Notes: generated from the sequence alone by a model not told the origin. Shown: positions 11,101 through 21,949, numbered from the stretch's first letter. The stretch: 44,287 nt of DNA from Candidatus Nomurabacteria bacterium (GCA_943350875.1 CALRAL010000002.1:134221-178507), one strand, 5' to 3'. Program-made: numbers and translations.

Positions 11101-11797
11101 GAGAATTCCTAAAAATCCTGCGATAGTATCACAGACAGATGGTGAAGTATTTGAAATAAAAGACAAAGATGGAAAAGAAAAAATGATTAAAGTTTTGTCT
11201 GATTCAAAGATTGATGGTAAAAGTAATGAGATAGAGTACAATGCTCCATTCCACAGAGTGCCTATAGTGAAAGTAGGTGACAAAGTAAAGAAAGGGGAAC
11301 TTTTGACTGACGGTTCAGCTGATATCTCTGAGATATTCAAATATGGAGGCAAAGATATGGTTGAAGAATATATCATTCGCGAAATAGATAAAGTTTACGA
11401 ATTACAAAGTGCCTCTATTTCCAGAAAACATACAGAAATAATAATCCGTCAGATGTTCTCTAGAAGGAGAATAAAAGATGCTGGAGAGACGAATTTCTCA
11501 ATCGGAGATATTGTAGAAAATACAGTGTTGATAGAAGAGAATTTAAGAATGGCTAAAATAGGAGGTAAAGAAGCAAAAGCGGAAACTATAGCTCTAGGGA
11601 TAACGGAAGTTTCTCTCCGCACAAAGAGTTGGCTCTCAGCTGCATCGTTCCAAAATACAAATCGTGTTTTGATAGAAAATGCAATCAAAGGCGGGGTCGA
11701 CTCTCTAAGAGGCCTAAAGGAAAATGTCATAATCGGAAGATTAATCCCAGCTGGTACAGGATTCAAGAAGAATTTACTCGTAAGTGAGGAGGAATAG
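8189..11797 (+). CDS. rpoC: RNA polymerase beta' subunit
   Basis: NADFDGDQM catalytic motif, N-terminal Zn finger, [13 protein letters not shown]. Confidence 0.99.
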   Translation: MKTLNLTEFDQITLKLASPEQIREWSYGEVTKPETINYRTGRSERGGLFDEKIFGPEKDYECYCGKYRRIRYKDIICEKCGVEVTRSIVRRERMGHIELGTPVSHIWFLRGVPSRMSILLNISVSDLEKVIYFAGYIITKVHEEEKQKIVSDLDKEYKAKLKNANDDETREKLKNLLSVTKKEIAEIYEGKVLNEISFHHYSLKYGVCFEANIGAEAIYSIFKNLDLNKLKAHTEKMLETASTADKEKLQKRLSLIRAMTYANIRPEWMFLTAIPVIPPVLRPMVALDGGRHATSDLNDLYRRVINRNNRLKKLQEINAPDVILRNEKRIIQEAVDALIDNSIAKQNDNTAMSQSQKRPLKSLSDNLKSKQGLFRQNLLGKRVDYSGRSVIVVGPTLKLNQCGLPKHMALELFRPFVISKILQAELAFNIRGANKLIEERTPEVWAMLEEVIFGKYVLLNRAPTLHRLGIQAFNPILIEGNAIQVHPLVCAAFNADFDGDQMAVYVPLSDEAQMEAKELMAANKNLLKPQNGDPIVHPSKDMVLGAYWMTKNVDGEKGEGKYFSSPNTAITAYEYGIISLRAKIKVLATDTHKYRKFDGGIFDTTVGKIFFNSILPEDFSYVSDEMTQKRISVLVDELIMHYGVDSTPVLLDKIKAFGFKYSTISGTTWGLDNVKVPAEKASIVAKGRKSEEEVVSQWKDGLLSEDERYQKVIGIWTHAKKELEKALPNTLDKNGSAFDLFTSGARGSIGQLVQMAGMKGLIQNNQGKTLEFPVIPSYYEGLSPIEYFVITHGARKGASDTALNTAKAGYLTRRLVDVSQDVVITEKDCGTKEGKMVGREDISGLEIPLSKNISGRILAEDLKDKNGKVLYKKGFLVTKEEAYTIEGMGFEKVFVRSPLTCKTAHGLCQMCYGLDLGRNKLVDLGEAVGIIAAQAIGEPGTQLTLRTFHAGGVAGTDITTGLPRVEEIFEKRIPKNPAIVSQTDGEVFEIKDKDGKEKMIKVLSDSKIDGKSNEIEYNAPFHRVPIVKVGDKVKKGELLTDGSADISEIFKYGGKDMVEEYIIREIDKVYELQSASISRKHTEIIIRQMFSRRRIKDAGETNFSIGDIVENTVLIEENLRMAKIGGKEAKAETIALGITEVSLRTKSWLSAASFQNTNRVLIENAIKGGVDSLRGLKENVIIGRLIPAGTGFKKNLLVSEEE

Positions 11798-11807
11798 TTC
11801 GAAACAT

Positions 11808-13562
11808 ATGAACTCTCCCGTTCAAAAAATAAAGGAGAGGCTTTCGATAGAGGATGTAGTCTCTTCTTACATAAAATTAGATAGGATAGGCACAAATTTA
11901 AAAGCTAAGTGTCCTTTTCATAATGAAAAGACCCCCTCCTTTTTTATCTCTCCAGAGAGAGGTACATATTATTGTTTTGGGTGTGCAGCCAAGGGAGACA
12001 TATTTTCTTTTGTAGAAGAATTCGAGGGTCTTGATTTTAAAGGAGCTCTTAAGCTATTAGCCGATAAAGCAGGAGTTGCGCTTGAAAACTTTGATAAAGA
12101 AAAAGATGGTTTAGTTTTTTCAGAGAAGGAAAAATTATATAGAATAATGGAAGAAGCAACTAAATATTTCTCCCTAAACTTATCTAAAGAAAAAGAAATT
12201 TTGGAATATTTGAAATTACGCGGATTAGAAGACAAAACAATAAAAGATTTCAGAATAGGATATGCCAGATTAGAATGGAGGGAACTTTACTCTTATTTAC
12301 AAAAAAGAGGTTTTAAAGATGAAGAGATAGAAAAAGCAGGCTTAGCAAAGAAGACAGAAAAAGGGATGTATGATAGATTTCGTGGTAGAATTATGTTTCC
12401 GATTTCTGATTCTAGCGGTAGGGTAATTGCTTTTTCGGGGAGGATTTTTGTAGATGATGAAAAATCTGCAAAATATTTAAATAGCCCAGAAACTCTAATA
12501 TTCAATAAATCCTCTGTGCTTTTTGGTTTAGATAAAGCCAAAGATTCAATACGTAAAAATAATTTTTCTATTTTAGTTGAAGGACAGTTTGATCTGGTAT
12601 TATCTCATCAGGCAGGATACAAGAATACAATAGCGACTTCAGGCACAGCTTTGTCAGATTCTGTAGTTTCAAAGGAAAGTGTGGTATCTGGGTTGGGTTT
12701 GGTTCGTCGTCTTTCTCAAAATATAGTCTTAGCATTTGATGCCGATAAAGCCGGGATAAATGCTTCAAGTCGAGCGAGCAAAATTGCTCTATCTTTGGGG
12801 ATGGATGTAAAAGTGGCAAGTTTACCAGAGGGCGTAGATCCGGCTGATTTGATTTCTAAACAAGGGATAGACGCATGGAGAGAAGCTATTAAAGGTTCTA
12901 AACACGTAATAGAATTTATTTTGGATAGAGTTATAAAAGATTCTAGAGGTGATAAGCGTAAAGTGGGCTTGGGGATAAAAGAAAAGGTTTTGCCTTATGT
13001 AAATGTGCTTGAAAGCACTATTGAAAAATCACATTTTTTAAAGAAAATAAGTGAAACTTCGCAAATATCAGAGACTGCTATAATGGACGATCTAAAAAAG
13101 GTAGAGAAAGAATCTTTGCAAGAGAAAAAAGAAATTGAAGAGATAAAAAATATAACCAATAAAGTCTTTAGAAAAGATTATATAGAACGCAGATTATTGG
13201 GGATAATTTTATGGCAGAAGACCTTATTAGAGAAAAGTATTGATATAGATAATCTATTAAAAGAAGTATGTTTAGTTTTAAATAAAGATGAAAAACAAAT
13301 ATTAGAAAGCGCAAAAGACAACGCTTCGGATTTGATCTTTGAAGCTGAGATTTTTTATAAAGAAGATATTGATTTAAAAAAAGATGTGGAAGAGATGTTG
13401 ATTAATTTAAAAGAGGAGTATTTAAAAGAAAAATTGCAAAATAAAATGTGGGAATTGCATAAAGCTGAAGAAAATAAAGATGGACCACAATCAGTCAAGA
13501 TTCTACAAGAATATAAAATTCTATACGACCAGATACAAAATATTAAAAATAACAAAAAGTAA
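11808..13562 (+). CDS. dnaG: DNA primase
   Basis: [11 protein letters not shown] zinc-binding domain, [25 protein letters not shown] (VEG, FDADKAG). Start moved to ATG 11808 ([10 protein letters not shown]), after the rpoC stop. Confidence 0.96.
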   Translation: MNSPVQKIKERLSIEDVVSSYIKLDRIGTNLKAKCPFHNEKTPSFFISPERGTYYCFGCAAKGDIFSFVEEFEGLDFKGALKLLADKAGVALENFDKEKDGLVFSEKEKLYRIMEEATKYFSLNLSKEKEILEYLKLRGLEDKTIKDFRIGYARLEWRELYSYLQKRGFKDEEIEKAGLAKKTEKGMYDRFRGRIMFPISDSSGRVIAFSGRIFVDDEKSAKYLNSPETLIFNKSSVLFGLDKAKDSIRKNNFSILVEGQFDLVLSHQAGYKNTIATSGTALSDSVVSKESVVSGLGLVRRLSQNIVLAFDADKAGINASSRASKIALSLGMDVKVASLPEGVDPADLISKQGIDAWREAIKGSKHVIEFILDRVIKDSRGDKRKVGLGIKEKVLPYVNVLESTIEKSHFLKKISETSQISETAIMDDLKKVEKESLQEKKEIEEIKNITNKVFRKDYIERRLLGIILWQKTLLEKSIDIDNLLKEVCLVLNKDEKQILESAKDNASDLIFEAEIFYKEDIDLKKDVEEMLINLKEEYLKEKLQNKMWELHKAEENKDGPQSVKILQEYKILYDQIQNIKNNKK

Positions 13563-13566
13563 AATT

Positions 13567-14781
13567 ATGAAGAAAAAAACAAAAATAAAGAAAGTAAAAA
13601 AGTTAATAAAGAAACAAGTAAAAAAAATTAAAAAAACAGTTAAAGTCAAAAAAGTGGTTAGAAAAGATAAAAAGTCAACAAAAAAGACAATTAAAAAAAC
13701 AACATATGCAGAGAAAAAGATAGAGGAGTTGGGAAGACTCTCAAACGAACTGATAGAAAAAGGCAGAAAAAGAGGGTTTATTACTTATGATGAGATATTA
13801 AAGACTTTTCCAGATATTGAGAATAATATTTTATTTTTAGATGAACTTTATGAAAAGTTTACAGTGGCAGGAATAGATATATTGGAAGGTGGTAACTTAC
13901 TTAATCTAGATAATGATGCCAGCGATGGAGATATGAACAAATCCACCATGCACGATTCCATCCAAATGTATTTAAAGGAAATAGGACAATATGCGCTTAT
14001 AAATGCCAGTGATGAAAAAGGACTTGCTAAAAGAATAGAGAATGGAGACGAAGAAGCAAAGAATTTACTAGCTCGTGCAAATTTGCGTCTTGTTGTGTCT
14101 ATTGCCAAGAAATATGTGGGTAGAAGTGCGAACCTGACCTTACTTGATCTTATTCAAGAAGGAAATTTGGGGCTTTTTAAAGCAGTGGAGAAATTCGACT
14201 GGACTAAAGGATATAAATTCTCTACCTATGCTACCTGGTGGATTCGTCAGTCTATCACTCGAGCATTAGCCGACCAATCTAGGACTATTCGTATTCCTGT
14301 GCATATGGTGGAGACTATTTCAAAATACAAACAAACACATAGAAAACTTAGCCAAGATCTCGGTCGTGAACCACTGGCAGAAGAGATAGCGACAGAGATG
14401 GGTATTCCAGTGGAGAAGATACATGTGATTGAGAATATTTCCCAAGAGACTATTTCTTTGGAACAGCCAATAGGGGATGACGATGATAAATCCACTTTGG
14501 AGAATTTTATTCCAGATGATAAGATCTTACGCCCTGACCAAGAATCCTCAAGGAGAATTCTGTCTGACCAGATTCGTGAAGTCTTAGATGAATTAAACCC
14601 AAAAGAGAGAAAAATATTAGAGATGCGTTATGGTTTACTTGATGGCATCCAACACACTCTTGAGAGAGTGGGGGAAGAATTCGGCGTGACTCGTGAACGT
14701 ATTCGTCAAATCGAAGCGAAAGTACACGACAAACTTCGCCAGCACGAAAAAATATCTCGTTTAAAAAACTATTTTGACTAG
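13567..14781 (+). CDS. rpoD: Primary sigma-70 factor with a Lys-rich N-terminal tail
   Basis: [62 protein letters not shown]. Start taken at ATG 13567, after the dnaG stop. Confidence 0.96.
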   Translation: MKKKTKIKKVKKLIKKQVKKIKKTVKVKKVVRKDKKSTKKTIKKTTYAEKKIEELGRLSNELIEKGRKRGFITYDEILKTFPDIENNILFLDELYEKFTVAGIDILEGGNLLNLDNDASDGDMNKSTMHDSIQMYLKEIGQYALINASDEKGLAKRIENGDEEAKNLLARANLRLVVSIAKKYVGRSANLTLLDLIQEGNLGLFKAVEKFDWTKGYKFSTYATWWIRQSITRALADQSRTIRIPVHMVETISKYKQTHRKLSQDLGREPLAEEIATEMGIPVEKIHVIENISQETISLEQPIGDDDDKSTLENFIPDDKILRPDQESSRRILSDQIREVLDELNPKERKILEMRYGLLDGIQHTLERVGEEFGVTRERIRQIEAKVHDKLRQHEKISRLKNYFD

Positions 14782-14788
14782 TTCCAGC

Positions 14789-14814
14789 AATTTAAGCAAG
14801 GGTAGTCCTTGCTG
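14789..14814. repeat. 26-bp direct repeat containing a REP-like hairpin, copy 1
   Basis: AATTTAAGCAAGG-GTAGT-CCTTGCTG, identical to 15519-15544. Confidence 0.85.
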
Positions 14815-14817
14815 GAA

Positions 14818-15495
14818 CTAAGGAGTAATTCTATTTTCGTTAAATATCTGTTCGTGTATTTTAAAATCTAATTCCATGTTTTTTATATATTCTGGAATCA
14901 GAGAAAAATCAAGAATAGTTGATTCTGGTCGATTGCTTTCTATAAAATCTTGGTAGCTGGAAAATCCATATTGTTCTAAAAAATTCTTAGCCTCTTTTTT
15001 ATTTTTAACACCATTTTCTTTCCACCCTTTATCAATTATTGAAAGTGGATTAAGATGCACATAAGAAAATATATACATATATTGTGATTCATTATTAATG
15101 TGTTCTGATCTGAAAGGATGGGTAAAAAGGGGACCGCTCCTTTCGTATTTAGTATTAAAATACATTGAATAAGCGGTTAAAAGTTTAGCCATAAATTTAC
15201 TTATACCGCCAGACTTATGTTCATATAAAATTAAGTGAAAATGATTTGGCATTAGACAATAACCTAAAATTGAAACAAGAGTTTTACTTCTTTTTTCTTT
15301 AAAAATATCTTTCAAATTATTTTTACTTGTTTGCAGAAAATTGTCCATTCTAAATGAATCAGTTTGGTTCATTATATACAATAGGGCGACAAAACGATTG
15401 TAGTCTTTTATATTAAGAAATATCTTACGTTTTTCTACTCCTCGAGAATATATGTGATAATATTCGCCTTCAACAAATGGGGTTTTTCTATACAT
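14818..15495 (-). CDS. REP-associated tyrosine (HUH, Y1) transposase, RAYT-like, copy 1
   Basis: YYHIYSRG, YCLMPNHFHL (HUH), YFNTKYERSGPLF, YVHLNP, FSSY. Start MYRKTPF at 15495, 6 nt after TATAAT. Confidence 0.9.
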   Translation of the reverse strand: MYRKTPFVEGEYYHIYSRGVEKRKIFLNIKDYNRFVALLYIMNQTDSFRMDNFLQTSKNNLKDIFKEKRSKTLVSILGYCLMPNHFHLILYEHKSGGISKFMAKLLTAYSMYFNTKYERSGPLFTHPFRSEHINNESQYMYIFSYVHLNPLSIIDKGWKENGVKNKKEAKNFLEQYGFSSYQDFIESNRPESTILDFSLIPEYIKNMELDFKIHEQIFNENRITP

Positions 15496-15518
15496 ATATC
15501 TATTATATATGGATATAA

Positions 15519-15544
15519 AATTTAAGCAAGGGTAGTCCTTGCTG
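15519..15544. repeat. 26-bp direct repeat containing a REP-like hairpin, copy 2
   Basis: Identical to 14789-14814. Confidence 0.85.
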
Positions 15545-15714
15545 AAAATACTGGAAATAAGAAACATTATATTTAGTTATCCACATTATTCTTTGACAAA
15601 AACTGTCGGGGGTAGTGTTACGGTATTACTATAATTTGGATTAAAAAATATGAAAGAAGAATTTAAAAATTATACTGAACAAAAAGAGATATCTTGAAAA
15701 TAGATACGGAAAGT

Positions 15715-15741
15715 AAAATACAAGGCAAGACCTTGTATTTT
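15715..15741. repeat. REP-like hairpin
   Basis: AAAATACAAGG-CAAGA-CCTTGTATTTT; same CAAGA loop as the hairpins at 22687 and 23385. Confidence 0.75.
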
Positions 15742-15774
15742 TAATCTCTCGTTTAAAAAACTATTTTGATTAAA

Positions 15775-16506
15775 TTATTTCAACACTTTGTCTATTTTTG
15801 CTGTCACTGTGTCAGTTGGGAGATAGCCGTCGATAGTATCTACGATTTCTCCATTTTTCAAGATGAAACCTTTAGGAGTGCCTGTTACCCCGATTGCCAC
15901 CCCGTTTGATTTTTGTTCCTCTACAGCTTTGGTATATTTACCGTTATCTAAGCACAAATTAAAACTAATAGTATTAAGTCCTAGAGTTTGGGCAAAAGAT
16001 TTTAAATTTGCGTTAGAAAATCCACCTGCATTCTCTCCGTTTTGATGATCAAAAAGATAATCGTGATAGTCCCAGAATTTACCTTGATCACCAGCACATC
16101 TAGCCGCTTCAGCTGATTTTATGGATTCATCTTTTTTGATTGAGTATTTGGGGGGTTTTATAAAAGTTCCTAGGAATGCAAAATCTCTGTAAACTAAATT
16201 AACTTTGCTTTCTGGTAAGTATTTATCTCTCAATTCTTTCTCAGCTTCACTGTGGAATTTCCCACACCATGGACACTGAAAATCCTCATACATTATTACT
16301 GAAATTTTTGCATTTAGGTCGCCCATTATCCTATCTTCTTTTGAAATAGGTGCTAATTCTGCTTTTTTTGGTTCATCTGCTTGTTTATTAGTTTTTCCAT
16401 TATTGGATTTAATCCATGTAAAACCCAGTAAAATAGAGCCAGAAATCAATATTCCAGCTATTATTATCGACATTTGCACTGTTAATTCATCCTTTTTGTT
16501 TTCCAT
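15775..16506 (-). CDS. DsbA-family thiol-disulfide oxidoreductase, membrane anchored
   Basis: N-terminal TM, YEDFQCPWCGKF (CxxC), GVTGTP cis-Pro motif. Confidence 0.92.
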   Translation of the reverse strand: MENKKDELTVQMSIIIAGILISGSILLGFTWIKSNNGKTNKQADEPKKAELAPISKEDRIMGDLNAKISVIMYEDFQCPWCGKFHSEAEKELRDKYLPESKVNLVYRDFAFLGTFIKPPKYSIKKDESIKSAEAARCAGDQGKFWDYHDYLFDHQNGENAGGFSNANLKSFAQTLGLNTISFNLCLDNGKYTKAVEEQKSNGVAIGVTGTPKGFILKNGEIVDTIDGYLPTDTVTAKIDKVLK

Positions 16507-16643
16507 TTTTTATTGATTAATTATTAATAGTTATACACCTAATTAGTGTAGCATATATTTTTATTATGTTATAATAATTATATTAAAAAGGTCTTTTTAT
16601 AAATTAACTTTTCCGTAATAAGCGGGAATAAATTAAAAGAATT

Positions 16644-16922
16644 ATGTGTACTAAAAATGGTAGTTGTACTATGAGTATGATTGGTAAAGTTTTGCTTATC
16701 GTCGGTGGTATCAACTGGGGTTTGGTAGGTTTGGGGACACTTTTACAAAGTGGTAGTTCTTGGAATGTAGTAGAGATGATATTTGGTCCTGTTTCCACTC
16801 TTACAAGTATTATTTATGTCTTAGTTGGTATTGCTGGTGTGATGAAAATATTTGGTTGTAAGTGTAGCAAGTGTATGAGCTGTACTTGTTCTACTGATGG
16901 AAACATGGAAAACAAGATGTAA
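16644..16922 (+). CDS. DUF378-family small membrane protein
   Basis: LLIVGGINWGLVG...IFG...IYVLVGIAG; Cys-rich tail. Confidence 0.85.
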   Translation: MCTKNGSCTMSMIGKVLLIVGGINWGLVGLGTLLQSGSSWNVVEMIFGPVSTLTSIIYVLVGIAGVMKIFGCKCSKCMSCTCSTDGNMENKM

Positions 16923-16953
16923 TTTATTTTCTCGCTTTCATTTTGTTTTTAAA

Positions 16954-16985
16954 CAAACCCCGTCGTAAGCTTACGACGGGGTTTG
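16954..16985. repeat. Perfect 32-bp palindrome (CCGTCG family), likely terminator
   Basis: CAAACCCCGTCGTAAG|CTTACGACGGGGTTTG. Confidence 0.75.
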
Positions 16986-17021
16986 CATTTGAGCCTTAAA
17001 ATGCTATATTATACTATAATT

Positions 17022-18269
17022 ATGACTTTTGTCGGAGAGGCGATATTTTACATCTTTTCTTTTTTATCCTTATATGTGCAGGTGTTTTTTTTGGTTACTT
17101 TTCTTGAAAATAAAGATAAGATAGTTGTTCGTAAGGGGGAAATCAAACTTGGCCATTATCCATCTGTGACTGTTATAGTTCCTTCTTTCAATGAAGAAAA
17201 TACGATTTACAAAACTGTGCTTTCACTTCTAGATTTAAATTATCCTAAAGATAAATTAAAAATTTTATTGGTTGATGATGGTTCTACTGATGGCACATGG
17301 AACATCATAAAAAAGTTTGACAATTGTCCAAACATAAAAATTTTTCAAAAAGAAAATGGTGGTAAATATACTGCTCTAAACCTAGGGTTGTCGCATCTTG
17401 AAACTGATTTTGTGGGTTGTTTAGATGCTGATTCTTTTGTAGAAAAGGAATCATTGATGCGTATTATGAGTTATTTTGAAAGAGATCAAGATACTATGGC
17501 GGTAGCTCCATCTATTATCGCTACTAATTCCAAAAATATAGTTCAAAAAGCACAAAAAGCTGAATACGAGTTAGTGTCTGTCTATATCAAGAAAATGCTT
17601 GGTTTTTTGGGTGCTATTCATATCACTCCTGGCCCCTTTACTATTTTTAAGAGAAAAGTTTTTGACGATTTAGGTCCGTATCGTCATGCTTATAATACTG
17701 AAGATATGGAAATAGCTTGTAGAATGCAGAAAAATCATTATAAGATAGAACAGTGTAACGATGCATATGTTTATACTAATACTCCACCGACGATTAAAAA
17801 GCTTTATAAACAAAGGGTACGTTGGATTTACGGATTTATAAATAATACGATAGACTATCGCAAGATTATTTTTAGGAAAAAATATGGCAATTTTTCACTT
17901 TTTACTATGCCTTCCAATATTATTTCTATCTTCGCCATCAGTTATCTTTTTGCTAGGATGATTTATGATTTTGGTGTCTTTTTGTCTTTAAAAATTACTC
18001 AGTTTGAAACTATCGGTTTTAATTTTCCTTCTAAGACTAATTTTCTTGATCCATTTTTTATAAACACTCACTCTATTCTTTTTATTTCTGTCGTATTGTA
18101 TTCTTTAATGATTTTATCCATTATGTTGGGGAAAAGGATGGTGGAAGGAAAATGGATTTTTTCTGTTAATATAGTATATTTTGTTATCATTTCTAGTCTT
18201 ACTGCCCCTTTTTGTTTTTTAAAAGCTATTTATAACACGATTATATCAAGACAACCAAACTGGAGATAA
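17022..18269 (+). CDS. Processive GT2 glycosyltransferase (PgaC/IcaA-like)
   Basis: VDDGSTD, GGKYTALN, LDADS, TED and QRVRW (QxxRW) motifs, TM helices. Start at ATG 17022 (MTFVGE). Confidence 0.9.
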   Translation: MTFVGEAIFYIFSFLSLYVQVFFLVTFLENKDKIVVRKGEIKLGHYPSVTVIVPSFNEENTIYKTVLSLLDLNYPKDKLKILLVDDGSTDGTWNIIKKFDNCPNIKIFQKENGGKYTALNLGLSHLETDFVGCLDADSFVEKESLMRIMSYFERDQDTMAVAPSIIATNSKNIVQKAQKAEYELVSVYIKKMLGFLGAIHITPGPFTIFKRKVFDDLGPYRHAYNTEDMEIACRMQKNHYKIEQCNDAYVYTNTPPTIKKLYKQRVRWIYGFINNTIDYRKIIFRKKYGNFSLFTMPSNIISIFAISYLFARMIYDFGVFLSLKITQFETIGFNFPSKTNFLDPFFINTHSILFISVVLYSLMILSIMLGKRMVEGKWIFSVNIVYFVIISSLTAPFCFLKAIYNTIISRQPNWR

Positions 18270-18284
18270 AATAAATTTTAAAAT

Positions 18285-18971
18285 ATGGAAAAGAATAATA
18301 AAAATGATTGGAAGAGATATTTAATTGTTTTTCTACTTACAGCAGGAGTTTTCTTGAGTGCCAGTTATATTAGTAATTACTTTGGCAATAAGAAAATTGA
18401 TCAATTAAAATCAATTCAAGATAATATATCTATTGATATTTTATCTTCAGAAACTCAATTTTCTTTACTCTCAGAACTTTCTTGCAAGAATGTTTCTGAT
18501 TCTGTCCTTTCCAATGAGCTTAATGAACTCGGAAGTAAACTAGAATGGGGGGAGCAAAACTTGGGAATGATGGATACTGTTTTATACTTGAAAAAGTATT
18601 ATTCACTTCTTGAAATAAAAGATTATCTTTTGACGAAGAAAATATCTGAACGTTGTAAAACAAAATCTGCATTTATTCTTTACTTTTATACTACCCCAGA
18701 TAATTGTAGTGAATGCAAAAAAGAAGATCTAGTACTGTCTTATCTGAAAGATAATTATCCAGAACTGAAGGTTTATTATTTTGATTACAGTACTGATTTG
18801 TCAGCAGTAAAGGCTATGCTTCATATATACAAAATAGAGGATACCAAGCTCCCAGCTCTTGTGTTAAATGACGATGTTTTGACTGGTTTTCATAGTGTCT
18901 CAGAACTTGAGTCACAAATCCAAAAATCTTTCAAATTTAAAGCATTAAAACTAAAAGAAAATAGTCAGTAA
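18285..18971 (+). CDS. Membrane-anchored hypothetical protein with a C-terminal thioredoxin-like CxxC
   Basis: N-terminal TM; LYFYTTPDNCSECK; LPALV cis-Pro-like motif. Confidence 0.65.
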   Translation: MEKNNKNDWKRYLIVFLLTAGVFLSASYISNYFGNKKIDQLKSIQDNISIDILSSETQFSLLSELSCKNVSDSVLSNELNELGSKLEWGEQNLGMMDTVLYLKKYYSLLEIKDYLLTKKISERCKTKSAFILYFYTTPDNCSECKKEDLVLSYLKDNYPELKVYYFDYSTDLSAVKAMLHIYKIEDTKLPALVLNDDVLTGFHSVSELESQIQKSFKFKALKLKENSQ

Positions 18972-18976
18972 ATAAT

Positions 18977-19859
18977 TTAAGGTATCATATTTACTACTTC
19001 ACAAGCGTAAAACATTGGATGAATATTTTTGCATCTTTCTTGGTAAAATTTTTGGGCTAAATTCCCAATATTGTCACCAAATGACAGGAAGGCTTTTACT
19101 TGGGAGATATATTTATGAATACTACTAACTTTTTCTGATAGTTCTGTCTTGTTTAATTCTATGGGTAATTCTTTAAATTCTATATTTTCTTTTTCTTTCA
19201 AATATGTATTCAAACTACCCATTTGGGCTAAAGCAAACTGTCTGACATATGGGAAATCTTCATAAATAAAAAAATGTGTATTTGTTTGTGTATTTTCTTT
19301 AATTACACCCATTAATGCGTCGTGCATTATCTGATGATCAGGGTGAGTAATCTTTTCTCCAAATGTCGCTGGACCATATATATAAAGTTCCCTGTTTTTA
19401 TTATTTTCAATAATAGATTGTATGTTTTTTATTATATTTTCTCTAATTATTTGGTTTTCATTTGTTTTTCTATATTGAAAATCTGGGTAATCATAGTTTT
19501 TAATAATTGCACCAAAAGGTATCAAAGCTTTTTTATTTTCTTTTGTTCTAGCCAAAACTGCTTCATCACTATCAGAAAAGCCAGATATTTTATCCCAATT
19601 TGTGTGTATTATTTCTGTGGGTCTTTTTGTAAAAAATGTTGCGACTTCGAGCTTGTGTTCACGTTTTGCCATCAATCCTCCCAAAGAAAGCACTCCATCA
19701 TCAAAGTGAGGCGACAAAATTATATCCAATGCTTCTTTCTTTGAAATTTTATTTTGAGTTGGCTTTAAAACTGCTGGTTCTTTTTTATTTGAATAAACAT
19801 AAAAAGCTCCATATATAAATATAGAAATTACAAATAGTATTATAATTTTTTTTATTCAT
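18977..19859 (-). CDS. PIG-L/LmbE family deacetylase; 5' signal-anchor region separated from ATG 19859 by a +1 frameshift in an A8 run
   Basis: SPHFDDGVLSLGG, HPDH, YEDFPY, YISQ. The frame stays open upstream through a TM segment to 19855. Confidence 0.8.
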
Positions 19860-19870
19860 ATTATTTCTAG

Positions 19871-19943
19871 AGCCGGCAGGGGGATTCGAACCCGCGACAT
19901 CCGCTTTACAAAAGCGGCGCTCTACCAACTGAGCTATGCCGGC
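19871..19943 (-). tRNA. tRNA-Thr(TGT)
   Basis: GCCGGCATAGCTCAGTTGGTAGAGCG CCGCT-TTTGTAA-AGCGG ATGTCGCGGGTTCGAATCCCCCTGCCGGCT; CCA not encoded. Confidence 0.96.
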
Positions 19944-19983
19944 GTATCTATTTTATTTTAAACAACTAAACTGTCATCTAACT

Positions 19984-20391
19984 TTACTCAATTCCTTCTT
20001 CTTTCTTTATCTGATGCTTTATCTTTCTAATCTTGTGTTTGTATTCGGAAATCATTTTAAGGAACTTGGAACTTTCTTCTTTTAATTCTCTTTCTTTTTC
20101 TGGAATATATTTTGTCTTTATATCATTCAAAACTGCTTTTGCATCTTTATATTTATTTTTAACAAAACTTGAGAACAATACATAAGTTCTGACTGTCTTT
20201 ACTGTTATATTATAGCCATGTCGCCTTACATTGTTTATAGTTATATATTTTAATTCTTTTAAATCTGGCATATCAACTCTAAAGTCATCATCCATCTTTG
20301 TGTTACCCTTTCGAAGGAGGATTATTTTTTTTCCAACTAAGAAACTAATTCCTATTATAGACCCAAAGAATAAAATTAAGAGAAAATACAT
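19984..20391 (-). CDS. Hypothetical protein with an N-terminal TM helix
   Basis: 135-aa ORF co-oriented after tsf; hydrophobic N-terminus. Confidence 0.75.
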   Translation of the reverse strand: MYFLLILFFGSIIGISFLVGKKIILLRKGNTKMDDDFRVDMPDLKELKYITINNVRRHGYNITVKTVRTYVLFSSFVKNKYKDAKAVLNDIKTKYIPEKERELKEESSKFLKMISEYKHKIRKIKHQIKKEEGIE

Positions 20392-20403
20392 ATTTTTTTT
20401 AAA

Positions 20404-21180
20404 TTAAACAGAAACTTTCTTGACCTCTTTTATCTTAGCTTTTGCTTTTTCTAAAAGTTGTCCCACTGTCTCATCTCCATTCTTAATAAATGGTTGGTCT
20501 AATAGTGTCTTTTCTTTGAAGTATGTTGATATTTTACCCTCAAGCATCTTTTTCTTTATATCTTCTGGTTTATTGATGCTGGCTACCTCTTTGCTAAATA
20601 TTTCTTCCATCATTTTTATAGCATCAGTATTTATGTCATTCTTTGATATGTATTCTGGTTTCATAGCTGTGATGTGCATGGCTATATCTTTAGCAAGTTC
20701 TACATTCCCTCTTTCAAGACTTACTACTACACCAGATTTGTTGTTATGTACATAGCTACCCAATACACTACCTTCTACTATATATACATCCCCGAGTTGT
20801 ATATTTTCTCCAGTTTTCTGAATTACTCCATCTATCATGTTTTTAGCATCTACTTTCATTTTTTCTATGTCGGATGTGAGCACTTCGTCAGCTAGTTTAG
20901 ATAATAGAGAAGTGAAATCTTCATTTTTAGAGACAAAATCAGTTTCACATTGTAGTGCCATCAATACTGCTTTATTACCATTTAATTTTATTACTACAGC
21001 TCCGTCTTTTACTTCGCGGTTTGCTTTTTTAAGTGCTATGTCAGAGCTGGTTTTCTTTAAGATCGCGAGAGCTTTTGTCATATCACCCTCAGCTTCTTCG
21101 AGTGCTCGTCTACATTGCATTACAGAGATACCTGTCGCATCTCTAAGTTCTTTTACTAACTCAGTAGTTATTGTTGCCAT
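20404..21180 (-). CDS. tsf: Elongation factor Ts
   Basis: VKELRDATGISVMQCRRAL, CETDFV, DIAMHITAMKP, LLDQPFIK. Confidence 0.97.
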   Translation of the reverse strand: MATITTELVKELRDATGISVMQCRRALEEAEGDMTKALAILKKTSSDIALKKANREVKDGAVVIKLNGNKAVLMALQCETDFVSKNEDFTSLLSKLADEVLTSDIEKMKVDAKNMIDGVIQKTGENIQLGDVYIVEGSVLGSYVHNNKSGVVVSLERGNVELAKDIAMHITAMKPEYISKNDINTDAIKMMEEIFSKEVASINKPEDIKKKMLEGKISTYFKEKTLLDQPFIKNGDETVGQLLEKAKAKIKEVKKVSV

Positions 21181-21189
21181 ATTTTTTAT

Positions 21190-21903
21190 TTATGCCTTAG
21201 TTGGTACAGACATTATACCTGCTTTGTAGGCGTTTGCTATATATGTTGTAAATAATTTAATTGAAGGTATAGAAGCATCATTACCTACGATAGGGTAATC
21301 AATGCCTTTTATGTTTGAATCAGAATTTACAAGGGCTATTACTGGCACATCGTATTTCTTTGCCTCAGTAGCTGCTATGTGTTCTGCTTTTGTGTCTATG
21401 ATAAACAATGCGTCTGGAGTTTTCTTTACACCCACTAAACCGGAATAATATCTGGAGAGTTTTTCCATTTTCTTTGCCATAACTACTCGTTCCTTTTTTG
21501 TATATTTTTCGAGGCTTCCTTCTGCAGAATCTTTACGATAATTCTCAAGGCTATTTATTCTCTTTTTTATTTCTGTAAAATTACTCAAAGTGCCACCGAT
21601 CCACCTCTCTACTACATAAGGCATATCTAGAGACATAGCGATAGTCGTGATTGTATCTTGAGCTTCAGGTTTTGTACCGACAAATAAGACAGTCTTGTTT
21701 TTTGCGCCCAGTTCTTTTACGAACTCCATAGCGCTATTTAGCATCATAGTGGTCTTTTCTAGGTTTATGATGTCAGTCCTGTTCTTTGTAGCTAATATAA
21801 AAGGAGACACAGAAGGGTGTCTTCGGGTCTTTGAATATCCGTAATGCGCTCCAGCGCTAAACATCTGTTCTATCAAAGTTTCGTCGTTTTCTACTTTTTG
21901 CAT
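21190..21903 (-). CDS. rpsB: 30S ribosomal protein S2
   Basis: AGAHYG, LFVGTK, RWIGGTLSNF, PIVGND. Confidence 0.97.
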   Translation of the reverse strand: MQKVENDETLIEQMFSAGAHYGYSKTRRHPSVSPFILATKNRTDIINLEKTTMMLNSAMEFVKELGAKNKTVLFVGTKPEAQDTITTIAMSLDMPYVVERWIGGTLSNFTEIKKRINSLENYRKDSAEGSLEKYTKKERVVMAKKMEKLSRYYSGLVGVKKTPDALFIIDTKAEHIAATEAKKYDVPVIALVNSDSNIKGIDYPIVGNDASIPSIKLFTTYIANAYKAGIMSVPTKA

Positions 21904-21909
21904 ATAAGG

Positions 21910-21938
21910 ATTCTAGCAGAAAGCTGATACTTTTGCAA
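21910..21938 (-). promoter_or_regulatory. rpsB promoter (near-leaderless)
   Basis: Minus strand TTGCAA-17 bp-TAGAAT, ending about 6 nt before the ATG. Confidence 0.6.
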
Positions 21939-21949
21939 CTTTGACCAAA

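Noticed and set aside
1353-14495. Numerous short ORFs overlapping or antisense to rnr, rpsP, khpA, trmD, rpoB, rpoC, dnaG and rpoD
   Set aside because: Shadow frames of conserved genes, with no motifs.
15650-15697. 15-codon ORF MKEEFKNYTEQKEIS between two REP hairpins
   Set aside because: Too short to support; it could be a cargo remnant but there is no evidence.
16120-16170. Extra loop TFIKPPKYSIKK in DsbA
   Set aside because: No palindrome visible in the DNA, so it was not counted as a repeat insertion.
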